Assembly: GCA_963674865.2 (NCBI GenBank)
Contig: CAXXYE010000008.1
Span: 1-64,000, forward strand
Length of the DNA: 64,000 nt
Direction: 5' to 3'
From: Candidatus Hydrogenedentota bacterium
GTDB taxonomy: Bacteria; Hydrogenedentota; Hydrogenedentia; Hydrogenedentales; SLHB01
Positions 31,111 to 41,040 of the stretch are shown here, one piece after another. A model generated the notes under the pieces. That model had not been told where the DNA came from. It searched no databases and saw only the letters and a program-made list of their open reading frames with translations. Every line of letters begins with the position of its first letter. Position 1 is the first letter of the stretch. The position numbers and the translations under genes are program-made.

Positions 31111-31252
31111 CGGTATATCCAAAGAGAAAAGAAGAAAGGCGGCGCTATGACCTCACCTGAAAAGGGCAAATCAATGCTAGGAACAGGAAGTCATTATAGG
31201 AAATTCCTACTTCCCTTACCAGGGGCGAGCGCTGCCGGCAACAGGAAGCCGG

Positions 31253-32950
31253 CTACGCCAGCGCCCCCGTCAATACCTCAAACGCGTGGTCCGTGCCATC
31301 GGCGGCGACGAGTGCTTCGACAACGTCAGGCTGCATCATCGCCCGGGCGATGGCGGCCAGTATCTGTACCTGAGTTCCCGCCTCATCCTCCGGTGTTAAG
31401 ATGAGGAATACGAAGCGGGCCGGCATGCCGTCTCTGGCATTCCAGTCAATGCCTACGTTCGAGCGCCCGAACGCCACGATGGGCCGCGTGAGCCCGGCTA
31501 GCCGCGCGTGGGGGGCCGCAACGCCGTGTTCGAGGGACGTTCCCATAATCGCCTCCCGCCGCCATACCGCTGCGGCTAACGCTTCAGCATCGAGTGATGG
31601 CTCGGACGCGGCCACCTTCTCGCACAACTCGGTGATGGCTTGTTGTCGGGAGCGAGTCCCCAAGTCAAGCTCGAACGCCGCCTTGAGGAGAAACGGGTGC
31701 AAAGCCACGCGTTGGGGGCGCCTGAGCGACCACGCGAACAGGGGCCCCACGACCACCGACGACGCCATGGCAGCGAATACGACGGCGACGAAGGCCCGCT
31801 CGGAGATCAAGCCTAGTTCGAGCGCCAATACCGCCACGATGATCTCCATTGCGCCGCCGGGAATATGCGCAATGCCGATGGAAAGCGCTTCGGCCCGCGG
31901 CAACCTGGCCCACACCGCACCCAGCCATGCGCCCACAAACTTTGTGCCGATGGCCACTACGGTGAAGATACTAACCAGCCACAGGTCGGTGCTGCGGATG
32001 AAGTCGATTTTGATGCCGATGGAGGCAAAGAAGATGGGCACGAAGACCGCGTGAACCATCTGTGTAATGGTTTCACGCGATTGCTCGGAGACTTCCGGCG
32101 CATTCCCTGCCATCACGCCCGCGAGGAAGAAACCGAGGATCGCGTGGACGCCGATCCACTGAGTGATGGCGCCGCACAACACGCCCAGACAGCAGATGAA
32201 GGTCAGCATGATACCGGGGCCGGCCATTTCGTGTTGATGAAGCTGCCTCGTCACCGACCCGACGAGTTTGCTGCCGACGGTGAGGCAGATGGCGCCGAAG
32301 AAGGTGATTTCCAGCAGCACCCACAGGACGTTATGGATGCCGGCGCCGCTGTCTGTACTCATGCCGAGGACGAGGGCGAAGATCATCCAGCCCAGCAGGT
32401 CATTGATGATGAACGCCGAGAGCGTTGTCAGCCCGAGGTCGCTCTTGAGGACGTCGAGATCATGCAGGACCTTCGCGATGACGGGAATGGCGCTGATGGC
32501 CGCGGCCGTCGCCATGAAAAGCGTGAATGTAAGCTGGTTTGCGGCGGGGCCCCAGTAGCTTTCTGGCAGCCGGGCAAACGCGAGGCAGCCTACAGCAAAA
32601 GGTAGGAACACGCCTACCGTAGCGATCTTCATGCACGCCTTGCCCTGCTTCCACACGGTCGAGACGCTCACCTCGAAACCCGTTGTGAGTAGCAGGAAGA
32701 GCACGCCGAACCAGGCCACGGTGTCGAGCATAGTCTGCTGTATTGAATCCGCCGGGAAGAGCGCGCGGTCGACGTTCGGCATGAGCCGGCCGAGGATGGT
32801 AGGCCCAAGCAAGATGCCCGTAAACAACTCCCCCACCAAGCCGGGCAGGCCCCATCGCTGGCCGAGTTGGCCCATCACTTTGGCGCAGGTGAGCAGGAGA
32901 AATACCTCGACTAGGAAGATGAGGATATGCTCTTCGTTAAGGTAATGCAC
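31253..32950 (-). CDS. Cation:proton antiporter (CPA2/KefB-like) fused to a C-terminal PTS EIIA-2 domain
   Basis: GELFTGILLGP, many TM helices, INDLLGW, FVPIFF; C-terminal REAIMGT...GVAAPHAR...GIDW; GTG start at 32950. Confidence 0.88.
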   Translation of the reverse strand: MHYLNEEHILIFLVEVFLLLTCAKVMGQLGQRWGLPGLVGELFTGILLGPTILGRLMPNVDRALFPADSIQQTMLDTVAWFGVLFLLLTTGFEVSVSTVWKQGKACMKIATVGVFLPFAVGCLAFARLPESYWGPAANQLTFTLFMATAAAISAIPVIAKVLHDLDVLKSDLGLTTLSAFIINDLLGWMIFALVLGMSTDSGAGIHNVLWVLLEITFFGAICLTVGSKLVGSVTRQLHQHEMAGPGIMLTFICCLGVLCGAITQWIGVHAILGFFLAGVMAGNAPEVSEQSRETITQMVHAVFVPIFFASIGIKIDFIRSTDLWLVSIFTVVAIGTKFVGAWLGAVWARLPRAEALSIGIAHIPGGAMEIIVAVLALELGLISERAFVAVVFAAMASSVVVGPLFAWSLRRPQRVALHPFLLKAAFELDLGTRSRQQAITELCEKVAASEPSLDAEALAAAVWRREAIMGTSLEHGVAAPHARLAGLTRPIVAFGRSNVGIDWNARDGMPARFVFLILTPEDEAGTQVQILAAIARAMMQPDVVEALVAADGTDHAFEVLTGALA

Positions 32951-33063
32951 CGGCCTACTCCGTCGCTCCGGCAGTGAAAGCGCCGCGATATGGCGCACCG
33001 CGCGTCACAAACACATACTAGGGCACCTTGCGGCAGGGCGCAACCGTCTCGCCCCCGGTACGG

Positions 33064-33570
33064 CTAGGCAAGACGGCTTCGGGACACCGTCTGCTCCGTC
33101 CGGATGACGCCGCTGGTTTCGTGGATAGCGGCACGTACATCATCCGGCTCGATAGATACGACGGCGAACGATGGCGCCCCCCCGCGTTGAGAGCGGTTGA
33201 GATGCCCCGGATTCACATATAGGCTTGCACCAAGAGGCTCAATTCTCGCTTCGTGCGTGTGGCCCGTCAGGATAAGAGACGCCGCCCGCTCGACGTGCCG
33301 GAGGTCCTTCGCCGCGTGGGCACAGGCCACCGTCAGCCCGCCGATCTCATCCCGCAGCCGCTTCGGAATCGACGCCATTTGGTAGGCGGAACACCACAAG
33401 CCGGGCACCATCCGCACGGGATAGCCCGCAAAGGCCAGTTCTTCAGCGTCCTCATAGTCATCCCCAAGGTGGTAGATGAGATCGACTTCCAAGTCCTTCT
33501 GCATAAGTTCCGCTACCTGGAACATCAGCCGGCGGTTGCCGTGAGTATCGCTCATCACGCCAAGAATCAT
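33064..33570 (-). CDS. YfcE/MJ0936-like metallophosphoesterase
   Basis: SDTHGN, HLGD, GHTH, VNPG. Confidence 0.85.
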   Translation of the reverse strand: MILGVMSDTHGNRRLMFQVAELMQKDLEVDLIYHLGDDYEDAEELAFAGYPVRMVPGLWCSAYQMASIPKRLRDEIGGLTVACAHAAKDLRHVERAASLILTGHTHEARIEPLGASLYVNPGHLNRSQRGGAPSFAVVSIEPDDVRAAIHETSGVIRTEQTVSRSRLA

Positions 33571-33885
33571 GCCGGGAGTATACATGAGGTAGAACCCGAA
33601 ACGCGCCCCCGCAAATGCTCCGGATCGCCGCCCCTCATGTTCGCGGCTGACCGCGTTATATAGTGGTTCCTTGACAAGTGGCCACAGCATGAAGTGGTTT
33701 TGCGCTGGTGGGGCGAGGCCGCACGCGGAGGCTGAGCCTCCAGCGTCGTTCGCGACGTGTCCTGGCTCACTCTTGCGCCGGCGTGGCGTTTCGCATATTC
33801 TTGGGGGCGCTGGTTGGATGGAGAATGAGGGCAAGCGTCCTCGCGTGAGCCGCGCGATGCGGCCGGAGAAAGGGGGAGGAGGCGC

Positions 33886-34698
33886 ATGGCGTTGCTAGGG
33901 AGCTGTTGGCGCGCAGCGTGGTTGAGCCTTGTCCTTGCGGCGGCTGTCCTTTGCGGGTGTCCCGGGCCCAAACCGCCCCAGGAGACACCCGTCTACGGCT
34001 ATCGCGTTGTGAATACATATTCGCATGACCCCGGGGCGTTTACGCAGGGCCTTGTGTTCACCGACGGCGTTTTGTACGAGAGCACCGGCCTTTACGGGCG
34101 CTCCTCGGTGCGCCGCGTAGACCTGGAATTCGGCGAGGTGCTTCAGCAGCGCGATCTGGCTGGTGAGTACTTCGGCGAAGGACTTGCAGTCGTCGGCGAC
34201 AGACTCATCCAGCTCACCTGGCGGAACTACGTTGGATTTGTCTACGACAGAACCACTTTCGAGCCGTTGAGCGAGTTCCAGTACGCAACGGAGGGGTGGG
34301 GCCTAGCGTATGACGGCACACGCCTCATCATGAGCGACGGCTCATCGACGCTCTACTTTCTAAATCCTGATACATTAGCGGAGACTGGGCAGATCGGCGT
34401 CCGCGAGAACGGGTTGGCTGTCGAGCGTTTGAATGAACTCGAGTACGTTGAGGGCGAGATCTACGCCAATATCTGGCAGCAAGACCGCATCGCGCGTATC
34501 GATCCCGACACAGGCCAGATTCTCGGCTGGATCGATCTGTCGGGCATCCTTCCGGCGGAGGACCGCACCGGCGCCGAAGATGTGCTTAACGGCATTGCCT
34601 ACGACGAGGAGAGCGGCCGGCTATTCGTTACGGGCAAACTCTGGCCTAAGCTCTTTGAAATCGAGCTTGTCTCTCCCACATCGCTTGCCCAGCCTTAA
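33886..34698 (+). CDS. Glutaminyl-peptide cyclotransferase (lipoprotein)
   Basis: HDPGAFTQGL, ESTGLYG, FGEG, EGWGL, LNELE, VLNGIA, VTGKLWP. Confidence 0.93.
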   Translation: MALLGSCWRAAWLSLVLAAAVLCGCPGPKPPQETPVYGYRVVNTYSHDPGAFTQGLVFTDGVLYESTGLYGRSSVRRVDLEFGEVLQQRDLAGEYFGEGLAVVGDRLIQLTWRNYVGFVYDRTTFEPLSEFQYATEGWGLAYDGTRLIMSDGSSTLYFLNPDTLAETGQIGVRENGLAVERLNELEYVEGEIYANIWQQDRIARIDPDTGQILGWIDLSGILPAEDRTGAEDVLNGIAYDEESGRLFVTGKLWPKLFEIELVSPTSLAQP

Positions 34699-34809
34699 CT
34701 GAGCCTGGGCGCGGTTGCCGGGGCCTCCTTGGCCCTATTCTTCGCGTTCCCGGATATGATATCGCCCGTCATACCGGGTAAAATGGGCCGTGCACTATAG
34801 GATTAGGCC

Positions 34810-36930
34810 ATGTCTCTCCGGCTCAAAACAGAAGTCATACTCATCAGCGTCATCGGCGTTTACGCGGCGCTTCTATACGCTTTCCAGCGGGAGGTGGTGG
34901 GGGCGCGGCTGGTTGCGTTGGAGCGGGGGAGGGCGATCGACGATCTGCGGCGCGTCGTTGCGGCCCTGGAAGATGAGACGCTTGAGTTGGAGCGGCTCTG
35001 TTTGGCTTGGCCCGAGGCCGCGATCGGCAACGCTCAGGGCGAGGCCCGGACGTTTGTTACTACCCTCACGCCAAGCGCTGCCAAGAAAGATCGCCTTGAC
35101 CTTATCTGCCGGCTTTCTCACGACGGACGGATTCTGAGTCGGACGTCGCTTGATCACACAACGGGCGAGCCCATCACTATCGACATCTTTGCCGGGGATG
35201 CGCTGCCTCCGGGCTACGAGAAGCTTGTTGAATCCGGCGCGAATAAGGCTGTATCCGGCATATTGATGACAAGTCTAGGCCCTTTGGTGGTGGCGGCCAG
35301 GCCGCTGGTTCGTCAGGATGCGGCGGATACCGCTCCCGGCCCTGCGAGTCTCTTCGTTATCGGCCGGCTTCTCGATACGAATCTCATCCGCAATATTGCC
35401 ACCCGCGCCAGGCTGGCCGTTCATCTTTATCCTTTGGACGCTGTGGCGCTCGCCCCGGATGAAAGAGACGCGCTGGGCCGCATTTCCGAGGTGAACCGGT
35501 ACGTCACGCGTGAAGCGGAGGAAAACATCCTCCGCGTGTACACGACGCTGCTCGATGTCTACGGCGTTCCGGCCGTCTTGCTCCGTGCCGACGTGCCGCG
35601 GGATATCACCGCCGCGGGGGCCGGGGCGTTCCGCGTCGCGCGCCGGGCCTCGCTGGTGGCCGGAGCCGTGGCGTTGCTTCTCGCGGTGGTACTGCTTAGC
35701 CACACCGTGATAGGCCCTCTCGCACGACTCTCCCGGCATGTCGCGGCCATTGGGAAGACGGGCGAACTCAGTGTGCACCTCCCGATGGCCAGGAAAGACG
35801 AAATTGGTGCTCTGGCGCGTGATTTCAATACGATGGTTCGCCGTCTCCAGCGTGACATGGCGGAGCGGCAGCGGGCCGAAACGGCTCTTCGAAGCAGCGA
35901 GGCCCGCGTGCGGGCTATCCTTCAATCCGCCCCCGACGGGATGATTACGCTTGACGACAAGGGCCTTGTCGAGTCGTTCAATCCGGCGGCGGAATCGATC
36001 TTCGGTTACGGGGCGGAGGAAATGGTTGGCCAGTCCATCCGTGGCCTTGTGCCTGAGCTTGAGCAGGGCGACGTCGATGTCTGCGCGTGGCTGCTGGAAG
36101 AACACAGCGATGGCCCCGCGGCCGGCGAGGTCGTAGGCGTGCGGAAGGATGGCGCCACGTTTCCGATGCACGTTACGGCAAGTGAGGTGCCTCTCGGTGA
36201 TCGCCGGATCTTCATCATGATTGTCCGCGATATCACGGAACTCAAGCAGATGCACGAAAGGGTGCTTCAATCGGAGCATCTGGCCATGATCGGTGAGATG
36301 GGGGCCTCCATGGCCCATGAAATCCGCAATCCCCTCGCCGGTATCAGCGGCGCAATTCAAGTTCTCAGAGACTCTCTCGATGTGGCCGACGAGCGCCGCG
36401 ATATCACCGGCGAGATTCTCGAACAAGTTCTGCGCGTAGAAGATACGATCCGGGCTTTGCTCATGTTCACCAAATCCCTCGCGCCGCAGAAGACGTCCTG
36501 CAACTTGAAGGCGTGTGTCGAACGAGTCACAAGCCAAGCGCTGAAACAGCCTTTGGCGCGCGATATTCGGCTTTCGTTCGAGGGAGATGCCGACATAACC
36601 GCCCCGCTTGATGAGACGCTCTTCGCCCAAGTGATCTGGAACGTTCTCAATAACGCGGTACAGGCCATGCCTGACGGGGGCGAGATCCGATGCGCCTTCT
36701 ATGAGACGCCCGAGAAGGCTGTTGTCGAAATCGCCGACACGGGGCCCGGTGTCGCTCCCCAAGTGCGCGACACCGTGTTTCGCCCTTTTATCACAACCAG
36801 GGCGCAAGGTACTGGACTTGGCTTGGCCGTCTGTCGGAAAATCATCGAGGCCCATGAAGGCAAGATAGCGATCGGTGTCGGGCCGAACGGCGGCACGCGG
36901 GTGACCGTCGCGTTGCCTAAGGGAGGATAG
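34810..36930 (+). CDS. Sensor histidine kinase (periplasmic CHASE4-like sensor, HAMP, PAS, HisKA, HATPase)
   Basis: Two TM segments, DEIGALARDFN, FNPAAESIFGY, AHEIRNPL, DTGPG, GTGLGL. Confidence 0.92.
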   Translation: MSLRLKTEVILISVIGVYAALLYAFQREVVGARLVALERGRAIDDLRRVVAALEDETLELERLCLAWPEAAIGNAQGEARTFVTTLTPSAAKKDRLDLICRLSHDGRILSRTSLDHTTGEPITIDIFAGDALPPGYEKLVESGANKAVSGILMTSLGPLVVAARPLVRQDAADTAPGPASLFVIGRLLDTNLIRNIATRARLAVHLYPLDAVALAPDERDALGRISEVNRYVTREAEENILRVYTTLLDVYGVPAVLLRADVPRDITAAGAGAFRVARRASLVAGAVALLLAVVLLSHTVIGPLARLSRHVAAIGKTGELSVHLPMARKDEIGALARDFNTMVRRLQRDMAERQRAETALRSSEARVRAILQSAPDGMITLDDKGLVESFNPAAESIFGYGAEEMVGQSIRGLVPELEQGDVDVCAWLLEEHSDGPAAGEVVGVRKDGATFPMHVTASEVPLGDRRIFIMIVRDITELKQMHERVLQSEHLAMIGEMGASMAHEIRNPLAGISGAIQVLRDSLDVADERRDITGEILEQVLRVEDTIRALLMFTKSLAPQKTSCNLKACVERVTSQALKQPLARDIRLSFEGDADITAPLDETLFAQVIWNVLNNAVQAMPDGGEIRCAFYETPEKAVVEIADTGPGVAPQVRDTVFRPFITTRAQGTGLGLAVCRKIIEAHEGKIAIGVGPNGGTRVTVALPKGG

Positions 36931-36931
36931 C

Positions 36932-38302
36932 ATGACTCAGCGCATTTTGGTGGTGGACGACGAGCGGCTGATCCGTTGGTCCTTGCGTGAACGGCTTACC
37001 GCCGAGGGATACGACGTTCTCGAGGCGGCCGATGGCGCCGGCGCGAAACGGATCATCGACGAGGAGGAATTCGACGCCGCTCTTTTGGACCTTCGCCTCC
37101 CCGACGCCGATGGCGCTGACCTTGTCGAGAGGGTCCACGACGTAATGCCGCACGTGCCCGTTATCGTCATCACGGCCTATTCGAGCATCGACAGTGCCGT
37201 TCGAGTCATGAAGGCCGGCGCCATCGATTACATTGCCAAGCCTTTCGATATGGATGACCTGGCAAGCGTGGTGCGACGGGCCATCGAGGCCGCCGAGCAA
37301 CAGGGCCGTGCGGGGCGTGGTGAGCGGCCGCTTCAGCCTTTCGGCCTAGAAGAGGTGATCGGCGAGACAGAAGCGATGGTGGACCTGAGGAGTCAGGTGC
37401 GCCAAGTCGCGATGAGCGAGGCCGACACCGCCCTGCTTCAGGGGGAGAGCGGGGCCGGCAAGCGTTTCATCGCGCACGCCATCCATTTCGAATCCGGGCG
37501 GACCGACCGGCCGTTCTTGCAGCTCCAATGCACGGGCATGCCCGAGAGCCTGCTCGAGTCCACGCTGTTCGGTATTGAGAATACGCCCGCGATGTCCATG
37601 GCCGGGCCGAAGGAAGGCCTACTCGAACTGGCCTCCGGCGGGACAATTCTCCTGAATGATGTGGCTGATCTTCCTTTGTCCATCCAGGAGAAGCTCCTGG
37701 CTGTCCTGGAAACCGGCGCCTTCATGCGGATGTCAGGAACCGAAGCGATTCCCCTCGACGTGCGCGTGCTTGCGGCCACGTGCAGGCGCCTCGAGCCGCT
37801 GGTTGAGGAGGGGCTGTTTCGCCGTGAGCTGTTTTACCGCCTCACCGTTGTTCGCATCGAGATTCCACCCCTGAGGCAGCGAGCGGGGGATATCCCGCTT
37901 CTCGCACGGCACTTCCTGCAGCGCTACGGCCGGACGCCTGCCCGGAAACTGACGGGATTCTCATCCGACGCACTGGGGAGACTTGATCAGTATGACTGGC
38001 CGGGCAACGTCCGCGAGTTGCGCGATGTTATCCGCAATGTCGCCCTTGTCGCGCAGCAGCCTGTTATTACCGCCGAGCACATCGAGTTGGGCCGGGCCGT
38101 CCTGCGCGACCTCCCCCGCGCCGCAGAGTACACCGTGCAGCTCCCCACTTCCGGCTGCGACCTCGCCGACATCGAGAAGGCCCTTGTGCGCCAGGCCCTC
38201 ATTCGCGCCGACTGGAACCAGTCCCGGGCGGCACGGCTTCTCGGCGTCTCCCGCGATCAAGTCCGCTACAAGATGGCCAAATTCGGCATCAAGCAAGCTT
38301 AG
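36932..38302 (+). CDS. NtrC-type response regulator (receiver, AAA+, Fis HTH) lacking the GAFTGA motif
   Basis: ILVVDDE, LLDLRLP, GESGAGK, ELFYRL, WPGNVREL, NQSRAARLLG. Confidence 0.92.
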   Translation: MTQRILVVDDERLIRWSLRERLTAEGYDVLEAADGAGAKRIIDEEEFDAALLDLRLPDADGADLVERVHDVMPHVPVIVITAYSSIDSAVRVMKAGAIDYIAKPFDMDDLASVVRRAIEAAEQQGRAGRGERPLQPFGLEEVIGETEAMVDLRSQVRQVAMSEADTALLQGESGAGKRFIAHAIHFESGRTDRPFLQLQCTGMPESLLESTLFGIENTPAMSMAGPKEGLLELASGGTILLNDVADLPLSIQEKLLAVLETGAFMRMSGTEAIPLDVRVLAATCRRLEPLVEEGLFRRELFYRLTVVRIEIPPLRQRAGDIPLLARHFLQRYGRTPARKLTGFSSDALGRLDQYDWPGNVRELRDVIRNVALVAQQPVITAEHIELGRAVLRDLPRAAEYTVQLPTSGCDLADIEKALVRQALIRADWNQSRAARLLGVSRDQVRYKMAKFGIKQA

Positions 38303-38343
38303 GCCGAATGGCTCACCCGTAGCTGTCTGCGCACTTCGCGCGG

Positions 38344-38409
38344 CTACAACTCTCCTTTGAAAGCGCGGTCGAGGATGCTGGATAGCAGGGCGTCGAGTTC
38401 GGCAGCGGT
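38344..38409 (-). pseudogene. Relic C-terminus of a type I restriction-modification S subunit
   Basis: Manual translation TAAELDALLSSILDRAFKGEL-stop matches the typical HsdS terminal motif (SIL.KAF.GEL); no upstream coding sequence. Confidence 0.7.
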
Positions 38410-38410
38410 G

Positions 38411-38425
38411 CAGGCTTCCAGCCTG
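38411..38425. repeat. REP-like palindrome CAGGCT-TCC-AGCCTG
   Basis: 6-bp inverted repeat directly abutting the hsdS relic. Confidence 0.5.
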
Positions 38426-38521
38426 TTCCCGCTTACTCAACTTCCGACGTCTTCTTAACGCCGCGTACAGCAAGGCTTGCAGTCTATTGACCACATCCCG
38501 CGGCCTGTCCGGGGCGCTTCC

Positions 38522-39847
38522 TCAGATGTCGATGCTCTTGAATTGGGGAAGGTAGTCGCGGTTTTTCTTGAGCATGGCGGCGGTCATCTTCTTGATCTCG
38601 GCCAGGGATAGCACGGCAGCCGTCAGCGGATCGTAGGCGATGGCTTGGAACACGAGGCGGGGGTCGCCGGTGAGGGCCGCCTCGACGGCCATTTCCTCGG
38701 AGGCGATGGTGACGTTGTTGAGGGCCGCGCACTGGATCGGCAGCGGCCCGACGTGCATCGGATTGAATCCGCGCTTGTTTGCCACGACGGGCACCTCGAC
38801 GCACGCGTCTTCCGGCAGGTTCGGAATGAGGCCGGTGTTGGGGACATTGCCGTTGAACTGGTAGGGCTCGCCGCCCACGAAGGCGTTCATGATATGGGCG
38901 GCGTATTCGTGCCCTCGCTCGAGCGATATGGGCGCGCCCTGGGCGAACCACTTCTTGACCTCGCTCTTCCAGGTGCGCTCTTTCCGCTGGTATTGCTTCA
39001 GGATGTAGGCATAGTGGCCGGGATTCCACCCCGTACCGTCGGTGCAGTACTTCTCGATGAGGTCCGGGCGTTTCCGAAACCACCAGTTGTACTCGCTGTT
39101 GTGCCCGCTGGACTCGGTGACGTAGTAGTCGAGATGCAGGAACATCTCATTGCGGACTTGCTCGTGGTTGTAGATCTTCTTGCGCTTGACCGCCTTGCGA
39201 ATGAGGGGGTAGGCGTCCTTGCCGTTCCACTTGTATTCGATGAACCAGGCCAAGTGGTTGATCCCGGCGCAGACGTAGGTGATCTCGTCCATCGGGGCGC
39301 CGATCCAGCTCGCGAGCATGCCCGCCGTGCCCTGGACGCTATGGCACAGGCCGGAGACTTGGATGCTCGATGAACGCTGCATGGCGCGGCACAGCATAGC
39401 CATGGGATTGGTGTAATTGAGGAGGATCGCGTCGGGGCAGTAGCGCTCCATATCCTTACAGATGTCCACCATGACGGGGATAGTGCGAAGGGCGCGGAAG
39501 ATGCCGCTCGGGCCGCGCGTATCACCGACATTGGTGTCAACGCCGAACCGCTTGGGAATCTCGATGTCGTGGCGCCAGATGTCCACGCCGCCGGACAGGA
39601 TTGTGCAGCAGACGGCGTCGGCTCCCTTGAGGGCCGTTTTGCGATCGAGGGTCGCCTCGACCTTGGCGGGATAGTCCCCGCGCTCGATGATCGTGCTGAC
39701 GGCGCGGTACGCGAAATCGAGCCGCTCCTTGTCGATATCCATGAGGGAGATGGTTGCGTCTCTCAACAGGGGAAACGTGAGCACATCCCGCACCAATCCT
39801 CGTGTAAAACCCAGACTCCCGGCCCCGATGAACGCGATCTTCGCCAT
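38522..39847 (-). CDS. melA: NAD-dependent alpha-galactosidase, glycoside hydrolase family 4
   Basis: [45 protein letters not shown]. Confidence 0.9.
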   Translation of the reverse strand: MAKIAFIGAGSLGFTRGLVRDVLTFPLLRDATISLMDIDKERLDFAYRAVSTIIERGDYPAKVEATLDRKTALKGADAVCCTILSGGVDIWRHDIEIPKRFGVDTNVGDTRGPSGIFRALRTIPVMVDICKDMERYCPDAILLNYTNPMAMLCRAMQRSSSIQVSGLCHSVQGTAGMLASWIGAPMDEITYVCAGINHLAWFIEYKWNGKDAYPLIRKAVKRKKIYNHEQVRNEMFLHLDYYVTESSGHNSEYNWWFRKRPDLIEKYCTDGTGWNPGHYAYILKQYQRKERTWKSEVKKWFAQGAPISLERGHEYAAHIMNAFVGGEPYQFNGNVPNTGLIPNLPEDACVEVPVVANKRGFNPMHVGPLPIQCAALNNVTIASEEMAVEAALTGDPRLVFQAIAYDPLTAAVLSLAEIKKMTAAMLKKNRDYLPQFKSIDI

Positions 39848-39965
39848 GACGGCTTCTCCCTACTATGCATCTCCATCTGTGAACGGAACTTCCCGCAGCA
39901 AACAGGCGGCATTATCCCCGGCGGGGGACGGTGAGTCAACGCAAATCGCAGGGGTCGGGAGGCGA

Positions 39966-41018
39966 CTATCTGTGAATCGTTCCGATGCGGAGCCAGGCGG
40001 TGGTGTTGCTGGTAGCGGATTCGACATTCTCGCCACCGAGGGCATAGAGCTTATCGCCGATGAGGACAACGCGGATATCGTTGGTGGGCATGGGAAGTAG
40101 GCCGGGAAGTACCGTCCAACGGTCGGTCTTCGTGTCGTAGACGAGCACGAAGGGGCAATAATACGATTCGTTTCGCTCGGTGTTTTCGCACTTTGAACTC
40201 ATTTTGGGCGTGAAATCGCCGGTTTCGGCCGCGCCGCCCACGACGATGATATAGCGGTCGCCGTAGACGCAGGCGTCCATGCCCGAAAGCCGGTAGGGCA
40301 TGGGGGCTCTCGTCTGCCATTCCTCGGAGGCCGGGTCGTAGCACAAGGTTTCGTCGAGGCGCTTGCGGTCGGGGCCATCGGCCGGCTTCGGTGTGAAGAA
40401 GTGGGCGCCGCCGAAGATGTACGCCCTTCCTCCCGCGGCCGCGGCGCCGAGCCATCCGCGCGATTCGCCGGGAATGGGCGCGACGCGCTGCCAGCCCCTT
40501 TCGGGCCGGGCCGTGTCGAGCATTTCGGCGCTCGAAAGGGTAGGCCCGTGGCCGCTTTCGGCGCCGCCGAAGGCGAATAACCTACTTCCCACCGCGACGC
40601 TGGGAGGCCATCCGCGGGCGTCGTTCAGGCTCGGGGCGTCCCGCCACTCGTAGCCCGCCGGAGTGGTTTTGAGGACGTAACACTGCTGACGCACCTGTCC
40701 TTTCCTGCCGCCGATGGCGTAGAAAGCGCCGCCGCACTCTGTGCCTTGCACGTAGCACTGGCCCACGGGGCCGTCCGGGCCGCGGGTCCACCACTGTGTG
40801 GCGGGGTCGTAGACGTACATGGTGTCCATCTCACCCCAGGGATAGCGCATGCCAAAGACGGAGACGACTTTGCCGTCGAGGGCTGCCGCGCATCCGCCTT
40901 TGCGGAATTCAGGCAGGTTGGGCCCCAAGGTCCACGTGATGTCGGTGATGCCGGCATCAGGGGCATCGTCCGCGCCCGCGGCTATCCCCGCAATCAGGCA
41001 AAGGACTACTCCGCTCAT
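39966..41018 (-). CDS. Secreted kelch-repeat protein
   Basis: Signal peptide; repeated YA.GG and YDP....W kelch units. Confidence 0.85.
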   Translation of the reverse strand: MSGVVLCLIAGIAAGADDAPDAGITDITWTLGPNLPEFRKGGCAAALDGKVVSVFGMRYPWGEMDTMYVYDPATQWWTRGPDGPVGQCYVQGTECGGAFYAIGGRKGQVRQQCYVLKTTPAGYEWRDAPSLNDARGWPPSVAVGSRLFAFGGAESGHGPTLSSAEMLDTARPERGWQRVAPIPGESRGWLGAAAAGGRAYIFGGAHFFTPKPADGPDRKRLDETLCYDPASEEWQTRAPMPYRLSGMDACVYGDRYIIVVGGAAETGDFTPKMSSKCENTERNESYYCPFVLVYDTKTDRWTVLPGLLPMPTNDIRVVLIGDKLYALGGENVESATSNTTAWLRIGTIHR

Positions 41019-41040
41019 CGTATCCCCTCCTCGATTCCGC

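Noticed and set aside
33571..33885. 315-bp intergenic region as a possible ncRNA
   Set aside because: No tRNA, SRP, tmRNA or riboswitch motif recognised; consistent with a divergent promoter region
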